Shown: positions 49,241 to 61,621, counted from the first letter of the stretch. The stretch is 64,000 nt of DNA from Chiloscyllium plagiosum (GCF_004010195.1 NC_057749.1:22825886-22889885); one strand, 5' to 3'. Notes: generated by a model not told the origin, from the letters alone. Program-made: numbers and translations.

Positions 49241-49329
49241 GTGTGACTGAGCGACACTGAAGAAATGGTGGAGTGGACGAGAGAGCAGTGCTCCGATAGC
49301 TTGTGATTTTAAATAAACCTGCTGGACTT

Positions 49330-49636
49330 GGGCTGGCACGGTGGCTCAGTGGTTAGCACTGCTGCCTCACCGCACCAGGGTCCCAGGTTCAATTCCAGAC
49401 TGTCTGTGTGGAGTTTGCACATTCTCCCCGTGTCTGCGTGGGTTTCCACCAGGTGCTCCGGTTTCCTCCCACAGTCCAAAGATGTGCAGGTCAGGTGAAT
49501 TGGCCGTGCTAAATTGCCTGTAGTGTTAGGTGCATTAGTCATAGAGAAATGGGTCTGGGTGGGTTACTCTTCAGAGGGTGGGTGTGGACTTGTTGGGCCA
49601 AAGGGCCTGTTTCCACACTGTAGGGAATCTAATCTA
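49330..49636 (+). mobile_element. HE1-like SINE inserted in a family B tail
   Basis: Full-length HE1 match; family B sequence resumes at about 49636. Confidence 0.9.
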
Positions 49637-50639
49637 ACCTGGTGTTGTGTGACTTCAGCTGAAGAATAACACAGTGGTCAGATCACAGGAAAGCTGCCCA
49701 GTTTATTTTCAAATAACGCTGAAATCCTTTATTTGACTTGCAATGGTATGGGATCTCAGTTTCTAAAATGCTCATCCAAAAGCCAACGCCTCTGAAAATG
49801 CTGCACTCCTTCAGCATGGGACTGGAGCCTCAGTCTGGATGATGGTCCCCTTCTCATTCAGGGGACAGTGTGTTATCCATTGAGTAGGTTGAGTAAGTAA
49901 TACCATTGGTTTGATGGAGTTGCAGGCAATGTCCAGACACTTACTATCCTCATGCAGTTGCTGCACATTACAGGATGGAAATCCACTACCATAATGTACA
50001 GCACTACAATAGAGAATGTGAATACAATGGAAACAATATGGAGTTCCTTCAAAAGTCGAATTATACATGGCTCCTTTTTGTTTCCTTCAAGGGGAGGAAC
50101 TCAAAAACATTTAAGAAAATGGATTCCGTAAGCAACTAAAGACTGATGTGCTTTTCCAGTTCAGGTCTCTGCTCACTTCTGACACTTTCCCACAAGGAAT
50201 GGGAGCAGATAAACTGAGCAATCACTTCAAAGATTTCATTGAACTGAGATTTAAAATACCCTGCCACTCGGTTTTATTCTTTTGTCTCCCTATTCTGTTT
50301 AATGTTCCAGGCTAAAGGAAGTATCTGATGGTTTCTTGGAATCTCAGCTCCCAGCGGTGCAACTTGCAGTATCGCCAGGAGGTACTCCCATATTAAAATG
50401 AAAGTGCGGAGAAAGAATAGAGAACAGTCAGTCAGAGAGGTAAAGTTAAACAGCAGGAATTGTAATCTCTTGTTAAAAAGAAAATAACCAAAGCTTAGAA
50501 ATGGTTTCTTCACTTTAATAAATTGCTTTGCAGTACAGAATTTAAACTTTATGAAAAGAAGATGCAAAAATCGAAGCATTTTGCTTTCAACTCATTAAGA
50601 CAAGGAAGCAAAGCACCAGATTTTTTAAAAAAATCTCTC

Positions 50640-51780
50640 AAGAGACATTGGCATTGCTATCTGGGCCAGCATTTATTGCACGTCCCTAGTTGCCCCTTAA
50701 GAAGGTTGTGGTGAGCTTTCTTCTTGAATCGCTGCAGTCTATTGGCTGGAGAGAGACCCACAATGCCGTTAGGGAAAGTATTGCATAATTTTGACCCAGC
50801 GACAGTGAAGGAATGGTAATTTATTTCCTGTGAGTGACACGGAGGGGATCCTGCAGGTGGTGATGTTCCCAGGTATCTGTTGTCCTTATCCTTCTTGATG
50901 GGATGTGGTCATGGGTTTGGAAGGTGCTGTCTGAGGATCTTCGGTGAATTTCTGCAGTGCATCTTGTACGTCCTCCACGCTGTGGCCACTGTGCATTAAC
51001 GGTGGATGGAATAGATTTTTGTGTGTGTTCTACCAATCAAATGGACTGCTTTGTCCTGAATGGTATTCAACTTCTCAAGTGTCGTTGAAACTACACTCTT
51101 CCAGGCAAATGGGAAATATTCCATCACACTCCTGACTTGCGCCTTGTAGATGGTGGGCTGGCTTTGGGAAAACGTGAGGTGGGTAACTCACTGCAGGAGG
51201 GCAACTCACTGTGAGGTGGGTAACTTACTGCAGGAGGGTAACTCACTGTGAGGGGGTAACTCACTGCAGGAGGGTAACTCACTGTGAGGAGGGTAACTCA
51301 CTGCAGGAGGGTAACTCACTGTGAGGTGGGTAACTCGCTGCAGGAGGGTAACTCACTGTGAGGAGGGTAACTCGCTGCAGGAGGGTAACTCACTGTGAGG
51401 TGGGTAACTCACTGCAGGAGAGTAACTCACTGTGAGGAGGGTAACTCACTGTGAGGAGGGTAACTCGCTGCAGGAGGGTAACTCACTGTGAGGTGGGTAA
51501 CTCACTGCAGGCTTCCCAGTCTCTGACCTGCTCTCGCAGTGCAGTATTTATATGGCTGATTGAGTTTAGTTTCTGGCCAAAGGTAACCCCCAGGATGTTG
51601 GTAGTGGGACGATAGTTAGGTTCACTCTTGTTGGATATACTCATTGGCTGGCATTTGTGTGGCATGAATGTTCCTTGCTCCGTGTCAGTCCAAACCTGGA
51701 TATTAGCCAGAACTTATTCTGCTTGGACATGAACTGCTTTAGTACCTGAGGAGTGACAAACGGTGCAGAACATTGTGCAA
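50640..51780 (-). mobile_element. CR1-group LINE 3' region
   Basis: NILGVTFGQKLN and YKAQVRSVMEY-like motifs; homologous to 46320-46860 and 13325-14055. Confidence 0.75.
51175..51510. repeat. Minisatellite of alternating 18/19 bp units (GGGTAACTCACTGCAGGA / GGGTAACTCACTGTGAGGT) expanded inside the LINE
   Basis: About 18 visible units. Confidence 0.9.
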
Positions 51781-51877
51781 CCAATCACTTACAAAGGGAG
51801 AATTAGGTGCTGATTGGTTGGGTCATCGTTGGCATGCAGCTGTGGCAGGAATAGTTAACTGTCAATCTTACTTAAAC

Positions 51878-52070
51878 CATGATGTGGAGATGCCGGTGTT
51901 CGACTGGGGTGGACAAGTTAAACATCACACAACACCAGGTTGTAGTCCAATAGGTTTATTTGGAAGGACATGCGTAGCTAGTGATCTGATGAAGGAGCAG
52001 CGCTCTGAAAGCTTGTACCTCCAAATACACCTGTTGGACTTTAACCGGGTATTGTGTGATTTTTAACTTT
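51878..52070. mobile_element. Family B hairpin mini-element
   Basis: Inverted arms TCACACAACACCAGGTT..AGTCCAA / TTGGACT..AACCGGGTATTGTGTGA. Confidence 0.8.
51984..52016 (+). ncRNA. Minimal hammerhead motif (family B), intact core
   Basis: CUGAUGA-A-GGAGC(AGC)GCUCU-GAAA-GC-UU; stem I truncated at the hairpin junction. Confidence 0.7.
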
Positions 52071-52974
52071 ATTGAGCCCAAGCAGGTATTCAGGGTGTTT
52101 CTTGAAATGCAGCAAATTAGCATTCTCCACAATCCCTTTATTCCCAATGAAAAGGAGCTAATATTGTTTTGGTTTCTTTTACTGACATTATGTTTTGTGA
52201 TATTACACTTAGCTTTTGGAATCTGCATAAGACAAGACCAACTGCTAATCTTCAAATGGCTTAGTACAGTCGGGATTATTTGATAAATGTTGTCCAAGAG
52301 CAGATTCAAATTGGACCACGTTAAGTTGGACATGTTAATCTGAGACCCACGCCCACGGGTTGCTGCACATTAGTCTGCTGCTTGTCAGTTGTACATTACA
52401 TAGACCTTGCATTTCATTTACAAAGTGCCAGCCGCATTTCCACCCAGTCATCACACTTCAGACAACGTTCACTGGATGAGAAGTGCATTAGGATGTTCCA
52501 AGGACATGAACGATAAGCATTTTTTCCTTCTTTCCTCCTCTTGCTCTTTCTCTTCGCATTTTGCAAATTGCGATTTCTTTGACCTTGCCAGCTCTCTGCA
52601 TTCCTTGAAAAGCTCTGTTTTCAGCTGTGTTTTAAGGATCCGTCCTATTCCTGCTTTGAGTCCCTGTCTCTTCCATTAACTGATTTTGCTATTCACTATC
52701 TTGAAGGTGCCACATCCATGTAGGCTGCTGTTTTAGCTGCTTAAAATCATTCTAAGGAAGTTATAATCAAATATCTGTGTCCGCAACTTCATATGTGAAT
52801 GTTTCTTCACTTGTGTGGGCTGTGGGTATCTCATCTGCCTATCCCTAAGTGCCCTTGAACCAAATGGTTTTTTAGGGCATTTCAGAGGACATTGAAGAGT
52901 CAACAGATTACTGTGGGCCTGTCGTCACATGTATTCTATTACTAAACCAGTTGGATCTTTCAACAATCTACAAG

Positions 52975-53373
52975 TCATAGAATAGAATAGAATCATGGAA
53001 CCCCCCCCCCACCGAGCGTAGAAGCAGGCTATTTGCCCATTGAGTCTGCACAGCCTCCACTGGGCATCTTATTTGGACACACCCCCTCTATCGTATCCCT
53101 GTAACCTTGCATTTCCCATGGCTAATCCACCTAGCCTGCACATCCCTGGATGCCATAAGCAATTTAGCATGGCCAACCCACCCTGCCAGTTAACTATTCC
53201 TGCCACATCTGCATGCCAACGATGACCCAACCAATCAGCACCCATCTTTAGACTGTGAGAGGAAACAGGAGCACCCAGAGGAAGCCCACGCAGACACAAG
53301 GAGAATGTGCAAACTCCACATGGAGCCAGCGTTGTGAGACAGCAGTGCTAAACAGTGAGGCACTGTGCTGCCC
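52975..53373 (-). mobile_element. HE1-like SINE variant containing a 56 bp foreign insert
   Basis: HE1 body; insert at 53187-53242. Confidence 0.8.
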
Positions 53374-53865
53374 CAATAGATAGGCTCACAGCACCATTCC
53401 TGAGACAATCTTCCAATTCCAGGCATATTAGCAGAAATTATAATCTATAAGCTTCCAAGGGATTTGAACCCATGGTCCCACAGCAACAGCCGACACCTTT
53501 GGGTTATTAACTTGGCAACATTACCATTGCATCACATGCCCCTGCAAGAAAGCTCACTTCTCACTACCAGGTGGCTTACAGACACTGATACATATGAAAT
53601 TGTGAAGATCACAACAGCCCTGACTGATTATAATATCTTTCCAATCACTACGATGTCTGAGGGTGGCTGTAACACTTTATTATGGAGCGATTTGCATGTG
53701 AGGTCTAAATCAGGGGTGAGGTGTCGGCTTCTTGCTTTTCCCATTCACTGCAGTAGGCAGGACGTTTTAACTAGGCTTATGGTTAGGTTTCACTAAATAT
53801 AGTTGCTGTGCTAACCTTGTGTTCTATAAGGGTGACTCACTGACTGGAAAGATGGAGATACTGAT

Positions 53866-54101
53866 TGACATAACTCCACAGAGGTCAGTATCCCATCACC
53901 AAGTCACCCTTTATTTACATGTGGAGAGTCCTTGACACTGATCCAGCTCCCTTAGAGCCAGCTCTCAGAGTGAGCAGAACCCCTGATACTCCTGTTTGTA
54001 TCTGTCAGCCAGGACTCCCTGATTGGATCAGTTTAACAGCTCCAATCAGGGAACCCATATTCTATGAGATCCAGATAGCTGACTTCATTACAGCCATTAC
54101 A
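53866..54101 (-). repeat. 3' LTR of the Gypsy element
   Basis: Minus strand TGTAATGG...TTATGTCA with AATAAA; related LTR end at 61205-61324 (+). Confidence 0.8.
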
Positions 54102-54260
54102 TCCCTCCCCCTCTGAGTCCGTGGATAAGGGCTGGGGTTTTTTTATAGCTCCTCATGGGGCGTTATGTTCCTCCAACTTTGCCTCTGATACAGGCCACTT
54201 GTAACACACAGTAGCTCCCCTCTTGCACCTGGAGCATCCCGGAAATAATTCATTTGCAAT

Positions 54261-54452
54261 TTTTGAGAAGATTTGTAGCTCAGGTTGAGGTTCAGGTAGT
54301 AAGTTTGCTCGCTGAGCTGGAAGGTTTGTTTTCAAATGTTTCGTCGCCATATTAGGTAATGTCATCACTGAGCCTCTGACGATGATGTTACCGTGCATGG
54401 TGACGAAACGTCTGAAAACAAACCTTCCAGCCCAGCGAGCAAACTCATAACC
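54261..54452. mobile_element. Family D hairpin mini-insertion within the Gypsy element
   Basis: Inverted arms (GTTTGCTCGCTGAGCTGGAAGGTTTGTTTTCA / TGAAAACAAACCTTCCAGCCCAGCGAGCAAAC); GATGA-T-GTTACC..GGTGAC-GAAACGTC; terminus matches 62130-62152. Confidence 0.8.
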
Positions 54453-56276
54453 AAAAATGTACTCTCCTCTTCAGGCAGCCAAAGCATCAAAGCGGCGACA
54501 TCTGCTGTGTCCATCTCAGATTCCGAGGTTTCTTCAACGCTTGATGGAGAAGGAGAACCCACAGGTACTGGAACAGCCAGGAAAGGCTGTCGAGGAGCCG
54601 GGCACGCATTACTCCAGCCCCATTTGTGAGTTTGCAGCTTTCATATTGTCCAAGTGTTTGTTCAGGACCGTCACACCGATCGAGACTTTATATGTCATTG
54701 GACCTGACCTTGCATTGACCACGCTTCGTACCCATGCAGGGCCATTCCCATGGTTCCTACACCAAACTTCGTCCCCTGTAGTAAACTGTTTCTCCAGCTC
54801 AGCAGAGTCTGCTGTCTGGCATTGGCATTGCTGATGCCATTTCATCTTCCCCCTCAGGTTCAAGAAAATCAGACTTAACCCTGTGTGGAATCTTTGCCCA
54901 AATAGCAATTCTGCTGGGACTATTCCTATAGTTGCATAAGGGGTGGTCCTATAATCAGACAGAAACTGGGACAGTTTGATTTCTAGTGAGGCTGTTGGCT
55001 GGCTCTTTAAGTCTGCCTTCAAAGTTTACCAAACCATTGGATGATGGATGGTAGGAAGCTGTCCTTTTTTGATGAATATCATTCTACCTTAGGAAATACT
55101 CAGATTTCTTTGCTGGTACACGATGGCCAGTTATCTGTGACCAACACTTCCAGGAGTCTGTGTATTGCAAGAGATGCTTGCAGTTTTTCTATTGTTATCC
55201 CTGTGTTTGACAAGTGGACTCTATGTACTCCAACAGCTTTGAGTGAGTATACACAATGACTAAGAACATTGAGCCTATGAAAGCACCTGCATAGTCGAGG
55301 TGTAACTGATTCCAGGGTTTACTCAGCCATTCCCAAGAATGTGGGAAAGCTGCTGGAGGTAATTTTTATCCTTGTTGACACTCGAGGTACTGGCCAACCA
55401 ATGCAGCTATTTCTGCATCCAATCCTGGCCAGGTCTCACCAATGTCTTCAGTTTGGAGACCCCTGGATGACCCTGGTGGAGTTCAGCCAGTATCTGGCAG
55501 TGACCTTTGCTCAGGACAATCACTCTTGCTCCCCATAGTAATATACCATCCTCTACGGTGACCTGGTCTCTCCGGGTGCAAAATGTTTCAATTCTGGTTG
55601 TGATGGCCTTTTGGTTTCCTCCATCACCACCAGCTGCTCTAGTTTTGCCAGGACTGGATCTTCCAAAGTCTGATATTGTCAGCTGTGACTGGAAGTGTGT
55701 CCAGAAAATGTAAAGCCATTACGGACTCTTCCCATGGTGGTTCCCCTGGGGGTGTATCTGCCAGTGGGAGGTGGCTCAATGCATCTACATTCGTGAGTTG
55801 GCCTCCTGGAAGGTGTTCCAACTTGTAATTAAACACACTTAGTATTACAGCCCAATTCAGCGTATAGCTATAGGCAGCAATGCCTTGCTATCTTTAAGTA
55901 GGCTCAGCAGGGGTTTGTGGTGCATTACTGTTATAACATTTACATCTGTAAAAGTATTGGTGGAACATCTTGACTGCCAAATATTCCTTCTCCATCTGAC
56001 CATATTTACGCTTTGCATTAGCCAAAGTCCTGAATGCATTCACTATTGGGCATTCCTCTCCATTGGAACACCTATAGGCTAATGCTACAGGGAGGCATTG
56101 CATGTCAATACCAGGTCTCATTCGGGGTCATAGTGTGCCAACACCTGAGAGGATGATAGTTGTTTCTTCATTTCCCTGAAAGCTATGGCTTGGCAATGCG
56201 ACATTTTCCAAGGCTGACCCTCTATAAAGAGTTGATGCAAAGGTGCCAGGTTGGAGACCAGGCTATGTACAAACTG

Positions 56277-56481
56277 GGAGAAAGTGAGGACTTCAGATGC
56301 TGGAGATCAGAGCTGAAAAATGTGTTGCTGGAAAAGCGCAGCAGGTCAAGCAGCATCCAAGGAGCAGGAGAATCGACGTTTCGGGCATAAGTCTGAAGAA
56401 GGGCTTATGCCCGAAACGTCGATTCTCCTGATCCTTGGATGCTGCCTGACCTGCTGCAATTTTCCAGCAACACATTTTTCA
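56277..56481. mobile_element. Young family A hairpin mini-insertion in Gypsy pol
   Basis: Perfect 15 bp TSD GCTATGTACAAACTG (56262-56276, 56482-56496). Confidence 0.92.
56391..56424 (+). ncRNA. Minimal hammerhead motif (family A), intact core
   Basis: CUGAAGA-A-GGGC(UUAU)GCCC-GAAA-CG-UC; the 5' strand of stem I is replaced at the junction. Confidence 0.7.
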
Positions 56482-57286
56482 GCTATGTACAAACTGTCCA
56501 TGATAAATCACCAGCACAAGGAAAGAGCTAAGCTCTGGTACAGCCATGGGAATCAGGGCACCTTTGATTGCCCTCCCTTTACCTTCCAACGGGTGTAACC
56601 TGATCTTGTTGACTTTGTTAATTAACAGGGAACTCATACTCTATGAGGTCTACCTGGCTGCCCTTGTTACAGTCACGACACTGAAGAAATGCAATCTAAG
56701 TCACAATAAAGGAGAGAGAATGGAAGGATGATTATTGGAATTCAATTTTTGCTGTTGGTAAGCATCATATCCAGACCCCTCAGATGTTCTGATTTTAACA
56801 GACCATATTAGAACAGGAAAAGTGATTTTTTTACCCTCCAATGGTCAAATTAAATGAGCTACCTGCATTGGCAAGTCTACTCCAATGGTATTATTCCTGC
56901 TGTATATTCAACACAGCAGAAAAAAAAAAGTCCATTGACCTACTCAGCTAAGACTTTACTTTACCTGCCTCTCCAGGTTACAGCCCTACACTCCCCTACC
57001 TGAGCTATCCTTCACTTCCTCCACCTCCTGTTTTTCTAACCTGATCATAAGATGGAGACTTCACTGCATTAAACTTCATTGGACTTGAAACATTAACTCT
57101 GTTTCTCTCTCCACGGGTGATGCCAGACTTACTGAGTTTCTCCAGGACTGCCCATATTGCATGCAAAACAAAATTTTCACTGTACCGAGGTACCTGTGAC
57201 AATAATATATCAAATGCCCATGGAGTGTGCCAGTCCACAGGACCCCTCATGCCACATCTCTGATACACTTACAGCACACTCTGCAC

Positions 57287-57376
57287 TTTCCTGTAGAAGG
57301 GCTTATGCCCGAAACGTCGATTTTCCTGTTCCCTGGATGCTGCCTGACCTGCTGCGCTTTTCCAGCAACACATTTC
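57287..57376 (+). mobile_element. 90 bp single-arm family A insertion
   Basis: Perfect 15 bp TSD CAGCACACTCTGCAC (57272-57286, 57377-57391); core mutated to CUGUAGA. Confidence 0.9.
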
Positions 57377-58802
57377 CAGCACACTCTGCACATCAACGCT
57401 GAACCAGTAATTCTCATTACAATGCTGTTATTCTGATCCAAAACATCTGAATAGCTTGGCTAAAAAATCTTTATTTTGTTTAAAGAAGGTGAGACAGCAT
57501 GTGTACTGCAGGTCGGGAGGGTGACAGTAAATAAACAGCTAATTTCAGGAAGGCAAGAGGGACGTGTCTCATAGATATGGTATCAGATGAAAGTTTTCAG
57601 GGATTGATAATCTAAAACCTGTAACGCATCCTTACATTCACTGCCACACTTAACCTTTCTACCACAACGGTTACATTCTAACAGCGGTTTGTTACTTTGT
57701 TTGCAAAAATACTTACGTTATTACGCTCTCCAATTTATGGAACTGAGATAGAATATCAGCTACAATCATATTGAATTGTGGTGCAGGGATGAAAGGGCTG
57801 AATGGCCTCCTCCTGCTTCTGTTTAATTCAATTGTTTTTTTTTTACCGTGTGCCTTGTTAAAGAGACATTTTGCAGCAAAATTTAGAGGCTACGTGTCCC
57901 AGACTGACTCTTGAGTTATATCATCCTCTGTCCTTGAACGATATTATACATTCCACCAATGGGCGCTATTGTACTTTAGAAAATCCTGCTGAAGTGCCAT
58001 GGTTACACTCTGTCCCAGAGCAGCGATTTTTAGCCTGAAATGTTCAATGAAAATAATTACTTGTAATAAATAGCAACTGCTGGTGAGTCAGGCACCTGCC
58101 TTGCTGGTGTTTCTCTCTCTCTCTCTCTCTCTCTTTTCTCCTCTCTTTCAATAAATGTTGTATAAAACTGGTAGGGAGACAGAAAAAGGAATCACATGTA
58201 AGAGGGCTGCAAGTAAACATAGCAGCTGGAGTACATTCACACTTAAAAGTATGGTCTCTCAAAACTCACAGCAGTTGAGAGCAATATGAGACTGAGACAT
58301 TGAACTGGGGTCTAGAAGTGGCTCTAGTGGTGAAGCAACATTGTCTCTACTTCCGAACCAACAAACCCAGGTTCAACTCCCAACCTCTGAGGAAGCGTCA
58401 CTCGATATGAAACATTAAGTCTGATTTCTCTCACAGATACTGCCAGACCTGCTGAGCTTTTCCAGCAATTTCTATGTTTTTTTGCCAGTAACAACTCCGA
58501 CCGACTTCAGAGGTGTACAATAAAATTTCTGAACAGCTTGGTTAGGGAAAATATCGACATCCAGGGGCTCCTGAGATAGTGAAATATCTCCTCTGAAAAT
58601 TGACTACTTTTTAAGCTGACCACTTCTTAAAAATTCATTTTTGCAGGATGTTGAGGGAGACCCGTCCCTAGTTGCTCCTTGAGAAGGTGGGGGTGAGCTG
58701 CCTTCTTGAACCACTGCAGTCCATCTGCTGTGGGTTGACCTACATAGGGGAGGGAATTCCTGGATTTTGACCCAGTGACAGTGAAGGAACAGTGATATAT
58801 GT

Positions 58803-59110
58803 GGGGTGGCACAGTGGCTCAGTGGTGAGCACTGCTGCCTCACAGCACCAGGGTCCCAGGTTCAATTCCAGCCTCAGGTGACTGTCTGTGTAGAGTTTGC
58901 ACATTCTCCCTGTGTCTGTGTGGGTTTCCTCTGGTTGCTCCGGTTTCCTCCCATATTCCAAACATGTGCAGGTCAGGTGAATTGGCCATACTAAATTGCC
59001 CAGAGGGATAGGTGCATTAGTCAGAAGGAAACGGGTCTGGGTGGGTTACTCTTTGGAGGGTCAGTGTGGACTGGTTGGGCCAAAGGGTCTGTTTCCACAC
59101 TGTTGGGAAT
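58803..59110 (+). mobile_element. HE1-like SINE
   Basis: Full head-to-tail match. Confidence 0.9.
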
Positions 59111-59540
59111 CCACGTAAAAAATATTTCCAAGTCAGGATGATACCTGGCTTGGGGAGTCAGGAGGTGAATTACTCACTACAGACTTCCTTGTCTCTGAAG
59201 GGGGGGAGGTTCCAGTTGAGTTTCTGGTCAAAGTTTATTGAACAAAGGACTGGTGGTGTTTCTACCTCTGGGCGAGGAGACCTGAATTCAGTCCCACCTG
59301 CTCAAGAGGTTTGTAATAATATCTCTAAAACAATTTGATTGGGGGAAAGATATCTGAGCAGAGAATTGCATCAATTTCTAAATCAACGACAAGCATATTT
59401 AATAAGGGTAGTGACTATTTTTTTAAACCGTGTCTGACGGACAAATTTCTAATTCAGAAAATATTTTTCACTTTCTCAGGGTATCCCATCACATGTTGCA
59501 ATGAGTTATTTTTGAAATGTCGACTTTATGGCTTTGTAAG

Positions 59541-60134
59541 TGTGATGATGCTGCCCCTTTATCAAGGTTATATTGTCCTTGTTTTTTTTCCAGAGGGGTT
59601 GTAATGGCAGAGGCGCGGATTTGTCTGGAAATGGTTGAACAATGGCAGGGGAGTGGCCAGTTCTCCCAGCTCAGATTTATTTCTAGCTTCGTTTAGTTTT
59701 ATCAGGCAGTCAGAAAGCTGCTGGGGACCTAGAGAAGCAACTACAGTGAAAAGAGGTTCCATGCAAAACAGATGTTTCTTGCCTGAACTTTCCCTCTGAA
59801 TCCTCTCCTGTCCAGAAGACCCTGTGTTTGAATTTACCTTTTGCCAAGGGGTGTGTTTATGGGATGTGGCGTGGATTGGAACAACTTCGTTAAGTTGCGA
59901 TATCGTGTCGGTTGAGTTATCAAATAAGGTAAGTTATTCTAAATTCTGTTGTCTTTTGTTTGTGTTTCATCTGTAATGTTTAAATAAGTTCTGTTTTGTT
60001 TAAAGCTGAGCGGTTTGACTAGCTGCATCACTCCTGGCATATCCAGTTTACATCTGCCTAAAAAAAAAATAAAATGTTTGAGCCTGGCCTACCTTGTTAA
60101 AATCTTTTGAGGGGGTCTGGCCTGGTCCATAACA
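59541..60134 (+). mobile_element. Solo LTR
   Basis: TGTGATGATGC ... CTGGTCCATAACA termini; TAAG/GAAG flanks. Confidence 0.75.
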
Positions 60135-60295
60135 GAAGGAGACGTGGCAGCCAATTGGTGTTCAGAAAGGACCCACAAACAATAATGAGATATTTGATCA
60201 GTATCTGTTTATTGAAGGCTGAGTATTGGCCAGGGAAAACCCTGATTTTTCTGATTTATTCCCTATAATCTCTTCATCTGACAGAAGGTGACACA

Positions 60296-60501
60296 GTCGA
60301 AGAGTGTGGTGCTGGAAAAGCACAGCAGTCAGGCTGCATCTGAGGAGCAGGACAGTTGACATTTCGAGCGTAAGCCCTTCATCCGGGATGCTCAAAACGT
60401 CAACTCTGCTGCTCCTTGGATGCTGCCTGACCGGCTGTGCTTTTCCAGCACCACACTCTTCGATTCTGATCTCCAGCATCTGCAGTCCTCACTTTCTCCT
60501 C
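60296..60501. mobile_element. Family A hairpin mini-insertion (long arm on the right)
   Basis: TSD GAAGGTGACACA (60284-60295) / GAAGGTAACACA (60502-60513); decayed cores. Confidence 0.85.
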
Positions 60502-61362
60502 GAAGGTAACACAAAACAGTACTCGCCAGATTATGTTGGGTTAAAAGGCAAGAGAGGGGAGAGCTATAGTCAGGAAGTTTTCTCGATCGGGATGTTTCTG
60601 GTCCAGTAACAAAGGAGATATTTTTAGTCATTTGCAGAGATTTCTTGACGTCATCAAGGGAAACTAGGGATGAACAATAAATGCTGGCCAGCCAGCGAGG
60701 CCCACATCCCACAAAAATGAATTTTCAATAAAGTTCCAGGTCTGGAGAATGAGGTGGGGCAAACTCATCAAGTGTCACTTGTGGAACATTAGGGATCAGT
60801 GAGCATAATATCTTTGAGTTGGCTGTGGAAAAGGGCAGACAAGGAGCTATCTAGAATAAAATACCTTTCTTAAAATTCATTCACAGGATGAGGCCCACCC
60901 CTAATTGCCTAGGGGGCAGGTCAGAGTCCACCACATTGCTGTGGGTCTGGAGTTATCCATAGCCCAGACCAGATAAGGTTGTCAGTTTCCTTATTAGAAT
61001 CTCCTCAGTTGAGGACTGACTCAGAGCTGGCTGGCCACAGCCAGTGTTACTTTGGGGAAAAGTCCTCTTGACTAGGAGACATTGCCTTCCTTTGTTTTGT
61101 GATTTTGGTTTGTTTCATTGGGCTGTATTCAGCTGCACAAGCAGCCACAACCATCACGACAAAAAAAAAAGAAAAAAAGGAAGAAAATATACCCATAACC
61201 AGGAGATTTGAATCTCCTCAGTTATGGACTGACTCAGAATTTTCTGGCCTTGGCCAGTGTACTGTGCACTAGTAAATAAAGGGTGACTTGGTGACGGGAT
61301 ACTGGCCTATATGGAGTTATTTCACAAGATTAACAGCACATAATCCCCTTCTTATCAGCCAT

Positions 61363-61621
61363 CAGCAGAGGTCTATAAAAGGTAAAGTCAGCACTGGCTT
61401 TCCAGATCATTGAGTTGTTCTCTCATTACACGGAGCTGGTGGGTCACTCTACCTCAGGCAAACGGCAAAGTTGAGAAGGTGGGATCCTCATGCAGCAGAG
61501 GTCTATAAAAGGTAAAGTCAGCACTGGCTTTCCAGACATTGAGTTGTTCTCTCATTACACGGAGCTGGTGGGTCACTCTACCTCAGGCAAACGGCAAAGT
61601 TGAGAAGGTGGGATCCTCATG
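61363..61621. repeat. Tandem duplication, 130 + 129 bp
   Basis: 61363-61492 and 61493-61621 appear to differ only by one indel. Confidence 0.9.

Larger units (their letters stand above)
53866..56540 (-). mobile_element. Gypsy LTR retrotransposon, 3' half (RT end, RNase H, integrase, PPT, 3' LTR), decayed
   Basis: EKEYLAV, HKPLL, YKLEHLPG..NVDALSHLP, LHLDYAG, FLSDYRTTPYATIGIVPAELLFG; PPT AGAGGGGGAGGGA at 54114-54102. Confidence 0.9.

Noticed and set aside
52470..52680. Charged open stretch on the minus strand (KTELFKECRELARSKK...)
   Set aside because: Bounded by stops, with no start or splice support and no recognisable family
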